64,000 nt of DNA from an uncultured Porphyromonadaceae bacterium (GTDB lineage: Bacteria; Bacteroidota; Bacteroidia; Bacteroidales; Muribaculaceae), in NCBI GenBank assembly GCA_900550645.1, contig URTA01000004.1, positions 29,832-93,831 on the forward strand, given 5' to 3'. A model generated the notes under the pieces. It saw only the letters and a program-made list of their open reading frames with translations. It did no database searches and was not told where the DNA came from. Shown here piece by piece: positions 57,645 through 64,000 of this stretch (its first letter is position 1; the number at the start of each line of letters is the position of its first letter). A program made the translations under genes and the position numbers.

Positions 57645-59048
57645 TCACTCCTCTGGCGCGAACATGGGATCCCAGGCGGGCAGCAGCTGCGGCTTCTGCT
57701 TGAGTATCTCCAGCACGCGGGCAGGGGCGTACTTCTTCTCCACCACGAGGCGGAACATGTACTCGTCAAACCAGCGGTCGGTGATGATGACATGTCCGTC
57801 ATTCGCTCCCGGTCCGTAGCTGTTCTCGACCATCCATTTCACGGGCTTGCCGTCCTTGTCGAGGTCAACAGCCATGAGGGTCATGGCGTGTGAGGACGCG
57901 CTGGCGTGGGTGCGTATCCGGTCTGCCTTGGACATCGGGAAGTCCGTGCCCAGCAGGTCGCCGTAGTCGTAGGTCTCCGTGTCGAGATATCCGCGATCGC
58001 GGTCGAAGAACTTGCCCACGTCGCATGAGAAGTACATCATTGTCGAGTCCTTGATAGATTTGATCGCCATCTGCTTGATGTCCTCGATGGGGAGGTTGAC
58101 GTAGGTCCAGTTCTCGCCGTCGTATGTGTGGCGGTCGAAGTCGATTTCATACAGCCTGTAGTACTCGCGAGAGGGGTCGTTCATGAGCATGACGTAGTCA
58201 TGTTTGAGGTCGCCGCCGGCAAACTTGCGGTAGAACTGCTGTGGCGTGTACGTGTCGGTGCTTACGGCGTTGCCATCCTTGTCGCGCAGTGTCCAGGTGA
58301 ACTGCGCGGGCGGCTCGCCGAGTGTCTGTGCAAGTATGCGGTATACGGTCTTGAGCATCTCCTCCTTGCGTGCGGTTATGTCAGCCGCGCTCTGCCCCTT
58401 CTGCTTCATGTCGCGCAGCTCCAGCCCGTACTGGCGCAGCTTGAGCGAGAGCAGACGGTTGAGGCGCGAGGTGTTTTCGCTTGAGTAGGTTTCTGCCATG
58501 GCAGACTGTGGCACTACGCCGTATTTCATGATGTTGTCGGCGATGCCTGTGAACTGTCCGCCGTCGCTGAGAGGGTTGGCAAAGAGCCAGTCCACCATCT
58601 TGTCGTCCATGGGGCAGTCGGCGGTGTCGATGATGCCTTGCAGGAACAGGTTGGACTTCTCGAGCTGGTCGTAGAAGAAGTTGTAGCACTGCGAGAGCAT
58701 CAGCTCGCCCATGTTGTTTTTTGCCATCATCTGCGCCCGGAGCATGTTCAGCCCGGTGAACAGCCAGCACCGCCCGGAGCGTTTCTGGTCGGTGATGCCG
58801 CTGCTTTTTACGCGGTCAGAGAAGTGGGTGTCATATCCGTTGCGGCTGTCGGCGTTGAAGGCGAGCTTGTCGATGTCCTGTGTGGCGAGGGCGTTGCGCA
58901 GGGCGCGGTCGGCGGCAGTAGGTGCGTATGATTCCTGAAGGCGTGAGAGCAATCCGGTGTCGATGCCTCCCCAGCCGCCGGCGTATGCAGTGGCGGCCAT
59001 AGATGCCGCTGCGAGGAGCGAAAGAAGATATTTCTTGTTCATTGTCAT
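57645..59048 (-). CDS. C1B family cysteine peptidase (aminopeptidase C / bleomycin hydrolase-like), secreted
   Basis: Signal peptide. Active-site context QKRSGRCWLFTGLN with the catalytic Cys. C-terminal catalytic His/Asn region. Confidence 0.75.
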   Translation of the reverse strand: MTMNKKYLLSLLAAASMAATAYAGGWGGIDTGLLSRLQESYAPTAADRALRNALATQDIDKLAFNADSRNGYDTHFSDRVKSSGITDQKRSGRCWLFTGLNMLRAQMMAKNNMGELMLSQCYNFFYDQLEKSNLFLQGIIDTADCPMDDKMVDWLFANPLSDGGQFTGIADNIMKYGVVPQSAMAETYSSENTSRLNRLLSLKLRQYGLELRDMKQKGQSAADITARKEEMLKTVYRILAQTLGEPPAQFTWTLRDKDGNAVSTDTYTPQQFYRKFAGGDLKHDYVMLMNDPSREYYRLYEIDFDRHTYDGENWTYVNLPIEDIKQMAIKSIKDSTMMYFSCDVGKFFDRDRGYLDTETYDYGDLLGTDFPMSKADRIRTHASASSHAMTLMAVDLDKDGKPVKWMVENSYGPGANDGHVIITDRWFDEYMFRLVVEKKYAPARVLEILKQKPQLLPAWDPMFAPEE

Positions 59049-59068
59049 GTCGAGTTTTCTTGTTGTTG

Positions 59069-60502
59069 CTATTCTTGAGTGTTGTCCTCCTCCTTAGGCT
59101 CTGTGAATACGTATGCGCCGAGGTCGGGCGTGCCTGTGGCGAGGCGGTCCATTCCGTACCAGTCAAAGCGGCACAGGTCGGTGACGAAGCTGCTGTTGCC
59201 CCGGCCGATAGCCGGCGATTCGGGGCGCAGCCTGTAGTCGAAGATGTAGTCCTCGCGCACGGTATAATATAGCGGGTCTTCGCCCCATACGCAGCTGAGG
59301 AAATGCGAGTCGTCCTCGCCCGAGGACTTGAACAGGACGTTGCGCATGTATACGTCGGAGTCGTCGAGCGTACCCTCGTTGATGTCGCCGCCCAGGCCGT
59401 AGATTATGCAGTTCTCGAATGAGGCGTTCATCAGCGGCACGTCAGGCATACCGTCGGCGGGAAGGCAGTGGTACAGGCTGAGAGCCGCGCTCGATATTGC
59501 GGAGAACAGGTAGTAGTTGGCAATGGTGCAGTGCACGAAGCGGTGGCTGCCGCCGGTGAGCGAGACGGCGGCGTTGGCAGCCTCGGAGAACACACACCCG
59601 TAAGCGTCGACGCGGGCGTGGCGCGAGGTCAGCGCGTTGTATTGTGAATTGTGCAGCCAGGAGTTGACCAGCAGCAGCTTCTGCCGTGACAGGTCTGCGC
59701 ATGAGTCGATGTCGAGGCCTACGCGGGAGGAGCGCATGTTGACGTATTCGAGGCGGTTGTCAAATGACTGTCGTGCTATGCGCACGCCGTGCCATTGCCC
59801 GGCCATGATGTCGTAGCTCACGTCTTTCAGCACGTTGTCGAGGCGGTCGCCGCGCATGTCTATCTTCTTCTCTTTCGTGCCCACTGCCTCGAGCGTGCCG
59901 TATACCACCAGCTTGGCGTTGTCGTGGAACAGCAGCCGTGCCCCGGGGTCTATGCGCAGCCGTGTGCCGGGGGCAACGACCAGCGAGTCGTAGATGACGT
60001 AAGGCTGCTCGTCGGTCATGGTCATGTCCCCCTCGAGCGTCACCGCTTTGAGGCGCGTCACGTTCTGTCCGTAAGCCTCGACGGGGACTTCCTGAAGCAC
60101 GCCGTTGGTGACAAACTGCAGCTGGTCCTCGATGAGCTGCGGCTCTGAGGTGGGCGACTTGGGCGGGTCGCACTCGATGAAGACGTAGATGCTGTCGCCG
60201 CCGCGTATCTCAACGTCATGGAAGTTTGAGCCTGTCTGTCCGTCCACATTGAGGCGGAAGCGCGTGTCTGGGTCTTTGAACCCGATTGCCGAGATGTTCA
60301 CGCCCTTCTTGGCGCGGTTGTAGACCAGCAGACGCGCCGTGGGCGTGCCGGTCTCGGTGATGACTGTGTCGAAACTCACCTTCTCCACCGAGAACGACAG
60401 CACGTCGTCCGGGGAAGTCGTTATGTCGTCGCTGATGCACCCCGCGAGGATTAAACCAAACACGGGGAGCAACATCAAAATCAAGTATCGCGTCTTAGTC
60501 AT
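59069..60502 (-). CDS. Hypothetical lipoprotein with right-handed beta-helix-like region
   Basis: Lipobox LAGC. Repetitive beta-strand-rich centre. No family recognised. Confidence 0.5.
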   Translation of the reverse strand: MTKTRYLILMLLPVFGLILAGCISDDITTSPDDVLSFSVEKVSFDTVITETGTPTARLLVYNRAKKGVNISAIGFKDPDTRFRLNVDGQTGSNFHDVEIRGGDSIYVFIECDPPKSPTSEPQLIEDQLQFVTNGVLQEVPVEAYGQNVTRLKAVTLEGDMTMTDEQPYVIYDSLVVAPGTRLRIDPGARLLFHDNAKLVVYGTLEAVGTKEKKIDMRGDRLDNVLKDVSYDIMAGQWHGVRIARQSFDNRLEYVNMRSSRVGLDIDSCADLSRQKLLLVNSWLHNSQYNALTSRHARVDAYGCVFSEAANAAVSLTGGSHRFVHCTIANYYLFSAISSAALSLYHCLPADGMPDVPLMNASFENCIIYGLGGDINEGTLDDSDVYMRNVLFKSSGEDDSHFLSCVWGEDPLYYTVREDYIFDYRLRPESPAIGRGNSSFVTDLCRFDWYGMDRLATGTPDLGAYVFTEPKEEDNTQE

Positions 60503-60557
60503 ATACGAAAAACGCGGATGCCAACGTACTTATTATATACAGCAAGGCGAGAGACAG

Positions 60558-61721
60558 ATGAAATACATGATAATAGCCGGCGAAGCGTCGGGCGACCTCC
60601 ATGCCTCGGGCGTGATAGAGGCGATACGCCAGCGCGACCCGGAGGCCAAGTTCCGCTTCTTCGGCGGCGACCTGATGGCGCGGGCTGCGCGATGCAACCC
60701 GGTGCTGCACTATGAGGAGATGAACGTCATGGGCTTCAGCGAGGTGCTGCGGTCGCTGCCGCGCATCTTGCGCCACCTGCGCCTCGCCAAAGCCACCCTG
60801 CGCGAGTTCCGCCCAGACACCCTCATACTGGTGGATTACCCGGGCTTCAACCTCAAGATGGCTCGCTATGCCCACCGCCTCGGCATACGCACCGACTATT
60901 TCATCTCGCCGAAGGTGTGGGCGTGGAAGGAGTGGCGCGTCCGCGACATACGCCGATACGTCGATGCAATGTACAGCATTCTCCCCTTCGAGGTCGAGTT
61001 CTACGCCAAGCACGGCATAAAGGTGGAATATGTGGGCAACCCCACGGTGCGCGAAATGGAGAACGTGCTGGGGCATATACCACCCTTCAAGCATTTCTGC
61101 GAGCGGCAGGGGCTGACGGACACGCGCCCGATAATCGCGCTGCTGCCAGGCTCGCGCCGTGGCGAGATACGCAACAACCTGCCGCTGATGATTCAGGCCG
61201 CCAAGCGTTTTCCCGACTACCAGTATGTTGTCGCCGCTGCGCCGGCGATAGGGGAGCGGTTCTACCGCGAGACGGCGCAAGACCCCGGGCTGCCGATGGT
61301 CTTCGGCTCGTCGCAGGTGCTTGCCAAGTATTCCAAGGCAGCCCTTGTCACCTCCGGCACTGCCACCCTCGAGACCGCCCTCATGGGCACGCCACAGGTG
61401 GTATGCTACCGCGCCAACGGCAAGAAGCTGTCATACCGCATCATGGAGAAGCTGCTGAAGGTGAAATACGTGTCGCTGCCCAACCTGATAGTAGGCACCC
61501 GCGTAGTCCCCGAACTGCTGGTGCATGAGTGCACCGTGGCGTCGATAGCCCGCGAGCTGTCGCCGCTGCTGCACCACTCGCCCCAGCGCGAATGGCAGAT
61601 GAACGGCTACCGCTCCATGCGCCGCAAGCTCGGCACGTCTCTCGCCACCGACTACACCGCCGAGCTGATAGTCTCCGCTCTCCGCTCGCGCACTCCCGCC
61701 CCCGACTCACAACCCCAATAA
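60558..61721 (+). CDS. lpxB: Lipid-A-disaccharide synthase
   Basis: N-terminus MKYMIIAGEASGDLHAS typical of LpxB. GT-B fold. ATG at 60558. Confidence 0.85.
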   Translation: MKYMIIAGEASGDLHASGVIEAIRQRDPEAKFRFFGGDLMARAARCNPVLHYEEMNVMGFSEVLRSLPRILRHLRLAKATLREFRPDTLILVDYPGFNLKMARYAHRLGIRTDYFISPKVWAWKEWRVRDIRRYVDAMYSILPFEVEFYAKHGIKVEYVGNPTVREMENVLGHIPPFKHFCERQGLTDTRPIIALLPGSRRGEIRNNLPLMIQAAKRFPDYQYVVAAAPAIGERFYRETAQDPGLPMVFGSSQVLAKYSKAALVTSGTATLETALMGTPQVVCYRANGKKLSYRIMEKLLKVKYVSLPNLIVGTRVVPELLVHECTVASIARELSPLLHHSPQREWQMNGYRSMRRKLGTSLATDYTAELIVSALRSRTPAPDSQPQ

Positions 61722-61734
61722 GCGTCATACACGT

Positions 61735-62997
61735 ATGAAGATTGAGTATATTTGCATCGAAAATTTCAGAGGCATCCGACGGTTCGAGGTTGACAGGTTG
61801 TCTGCCCTGAACGTGATAGCCGGAGCAAACGGCGCAGGAAAAACATCAGTTCTCACTGCTGTCAAAATACTGCTGTCTTGGCTGATAGCGCGACTGCGCA
61901 ATCCTCGAGGACGCGGACTCGCCGTCTCGGACAGCGACATAACTCGCGGAGCGGACTTCTGCACGCTGCGGCTGCGGCTCGACAACGGCGTGGAGTGGCA
62001 GATATACAAGCAGCGTTCCTCCGTGCGCCGCGCCTCGTCGGCCGAGACGAGGCTGGCGGATATGACACAATATGCCAATATTGTTGCGGAACAAGTCGCT
62101 GCATCGCCTGAAACCGCCGACCTGATGCTGATAGACGCTTACGGAGTGAACCGTGTTGTGGACGAAACGCCGATGCGTGTGCGCAAGACTCACAAGCTGT
62201 CGCCGCTGGACGCACTTTCGGTGGAGATGTCTAACAGCGTGAATTTCCACGACTTCTTCACCTGGTACCGCGAAATGGAGGACATCGAGAATGAGCGGAT
62301 GCGCGAGACGGGTACGCTCGTTACGGATCGCCGCCTTGATGCTGTGCGCTGCACCATAACTGATTTCATGGACGGATACGGCGATTTCCGTGTGCAGCGC
62401 AGCCCCAAGGCTTTTGTCATATCCAAAGACGGGGTGAAATTCAATTTCAACGAGTTGTCTGACGGTGAGAAGTCTTATCTTGCGCTTGTGATGGACATTT
62501 CGCGCAAGCTCGCGATGACACACCCTGCAATGGACGATCCGCGCAAGGGCGAGGGCATAATTTTGATAGACGAGATTGACCTGCACCTGCACCCGGCATG
62601 GCAGCGGACTGTATTGGAAAAGATGCGCAAGGCGTTCCCGAATTGCCAGTTCTTGATAACCACACACTCCCCGCTTGTCGTTTCTGGCGTAAACATGATT
62701 GGTGGCGATATTTTGCTGGCTATCAAGGACGGAGATGTGCATGTCATTGAGGAAAACCAGTACGGACAGGAAACGGACATGGTGCTGTCTGACGTGTTTG
62801 GCATGGACAGCCTGCGCCCGCCGGTAGTGCAGCAGCATATCGACCGTGTGTGGGAGTTGCTGAAGGCCGGCGACTGCTCTTCCAGCGACTTTGCCTCGGC
62901 ATTTGGCTGGCTGCAGCAGCACATTGATGCTGCAGACCCGGTGTTCATGCAGGTGCGTATGCAGATGGCTCTGATGAAAAAGAAGGCTGGCAGATGA
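61735..62997 (+). CDS. Septu PtuA-like ABC/SMC-type ATPase (AAA_15/21-like)
   Basis: Walker A GANGAGKTS. Q-loop/signature-like LSDGEKS. Walker B ILIDEIDLHLHP. H-loop ITTHSP. Overlaps the downstream HNH gene by 4 nt. Confidence 0.65.
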   Translation: MKIEYICIENFRGIRRFEVDRLSALNVIAGANGAGKTSVLTAVKILLSWLIARLRNPRGRGLAVSDSDITRGADFCTLRLRLDNGVEWQIYKQRSSVRRASSAETRLADMTQYANIVAEQVAASPETADLMLIDAYGVNRVVDETPMRVRKTHKLSPLDALSVEMSNSVNFHDFFTWYREMEDIENERMRETGTLVTDRRLDAVRCTITDFMDGYGDFRVQRSPKAFVISKDGVKFNFNELSDGEKSYLALVMDISRKLAMTHPAMDDPRKGEGIILIDEIDLHLHPAWQRTVLEKMRKAFPNCQFLITTHSPLVVSGVNMIGGDILLAIKDGDVHVIEENQYGQETDMVLSDVFGMDSLRPPVVQQHIDRVWELLKAGDCSSSDFASAFGWLQQHIDAADPVFMQVRMQMALMKKKAGR

Positions 62998-63626
62998 GGC
63001 ATATCGAAAAGGGCGAGCCGCTGCCCGACTTTGTGCGGTTTGTTGAGAGGGGAAAGCCGCGCCGCTGGGAGGACATACATGACCAGCCCGAATTGTACCG
63101 CGCTTGCCGAGACCGTATTCTCGAGGAGCAAGGTATGCTTGGGGCGTACACCGAAAGGCCGCTGTCAAATTCCCAGTCGCTGCACATAGACCATTTTCGC
63201 AAGAAAGGCATGCCGTGGCAGCATGACATGACATTCGACTGGCGCAACCTCGTTGTTGAGGACAGGTCCAGCGATTTCGGGGCGTGCTACAAGGATAACA
63301 ATACGAGCAAGGTCTCTGATTATGATATGCTTATAAATCCGGTCGAGGAATACCCGGAGCGCATGATGACCTACCTCGCAAACGGCGAAATTACAGCTCG
63401 CGCTGATATGGACGAGCGCGACCGCCAACGGTCGGATTTTACCATATCCCGTTTCAACCTGAACCACGGCAAGCTGGTGAGGATGCGCTCCAGTGTTATT
63501 GAAGTGGTAGCTGCATGCACGCAGCTGACCGACGACGAGATACGCCATGCAATGTCGTTGTCTGGTTTTCCCAGCGTTGTTGAGTGGGCGTTGGATGCTC
63601 GGCGAAAGCTGAACGAACTCAAATGA
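62994..63626 (+). CDS. Septu PtuB-like HNH endonuclease (TIGR02646-like)
   Basis: HNH core SLHIDHFRKKG...WRNLV. 210 aa. Translationally coupled to the upstream ATPase. Confidence 0.6.
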   Translation: MRHIEKGEPLPDFVRFVERGKPRRWEDIHDQPELYRACRDRILEEQGMLGAYTERPLSNSQSLHIDHFRKKGMPWQHDMTFDWRNLVVEDRSSDFGACYKDNNTSKVSDYDMLINPVEEYPERMMTYLANGEITARADMDERDRQRSDFTISRFNLNHGKLVRMRSSVIEVVAACTQLTDDEIRHAMSLSGFPSVVEWALDARRKLNELK

Positions 63627-63734
63627 GGTGAAGTTGGCTGGTCAGGTGTTTCGATATTCGGAATTTTATATTAACTTTGTTTTTTGGAATGTTGCCCATT
63701 TGGGCGAGCATATCCGCGATAAATCTGTAATGCG

Positions 63735-64000
63735 ATGACAATCAATAGTATACAGGATGAAATAATCGAAGAGTTCGAGGATATAGTGGATTGGATGGAC
63801 CGCTATGCGTACATCATCGAGCTCGGAACGTCACTCCCGGCACTGCCCGAAGAGGAGAAAACGCCGCAGAACCTCATCGAAGGCTGCCAGAGCCGCGTGT
63901 GGATAACGGCAGACCTGGACAGCGAAGGCAACATTGTCTTCCGCGCCGACAGCGACGCGCTGATAGTCAAGGGTATCGTCGCGCTGCTGCTGCGTGTGGT
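63735..64000 (+). CDS. sufE: SufE-like cysteine desulfuration protein (3'-truncated by window end)
   Basis: DRYAYIIELG...NLIEGCQSRVW matches the SufE family signature around the conserved Cys. Confidence 0.65.
   Translation, partial: MTINSIQDEIIEEFEDIVDWMDRYAYIIELGTSLPALPEEEKTPQNLIEGCQSRVWITADLDSEGNIVFRADSDALIVKGIVALLLRV

Noticed and set aside
61846-63234. 462 aa ORF antisense to the PtuA/PtuB-like genes
   Set aside because: Antisense to two genes with clear ATPase and HNH motifs. No recognisable domain. Composition artefact.

Overview
This 64 kb window looks like a chromosomal segment from a Bacteroidota (Bacteroidales-type) genome. Three things support that: lipoprotein signal peptides are frequent, there are type IX secretion (T9SS) components and Bacteroidota-specific families (DUF4143 ATPases, DUF4249, DUF4834), and TAnnTTTG -7 promoter boxes sit close to start codons. 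The DNA is GC-rich with a few clearly AT-richer islets.

Most of the window is housekeeping. It contains gyrB, metG, rpoN, recO, lpxB, dusB, tcdA, aroB, the pssA/psd phosphatidylserine module, NfnAB-like oxidoreductase genes and crcB. There are four tRNAs: Pro-CGG, Pro-UGG, Gln-UUG and Lys-CUU. There is a tandem array of FKBP-type PPIase genes, one of which carries an in-frame stop codon.

A T9SS set is present: a PorX-like response regulator with a PglZ domain, an adjacent PorW/SprE-like TPR lipoprotein, and a 1230 aa beta-helix plus leucine-rich-repeat cargo with a T9SS C-terminal domain. A TonB-dependent receptor sits next to a DUF4249 lipoprotein and a GH53 galactanase.

The candidates worth follow-up are:
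- (i) A Septu-like PtuA ATPase + PtuB HNH pair inserted between lpxB and sufE.
- (ii) An uncharacterised two-gene cassette at 3200..5201 whose second protein carries a PD-(D/E)xK-like nuclease motif, with lower GC and a strong palindromic terminator.
- (iii) A ~1 kb AT-rich islet with two small unknown genes beside a four-helix-bundle gene and tRNA-Gln.
- (iv) An orphan WYL-domain regulator.
- (v) A Fic protein with a degenerate catalytic motif.
- (vi) A three-copy ~34 bp tandem repeat in a divergent promoter region.

The ORF caller used alternative start codons, so several listed ORFs carry artefactual N-terminal extensions. The start positions I chose are noted per feature.
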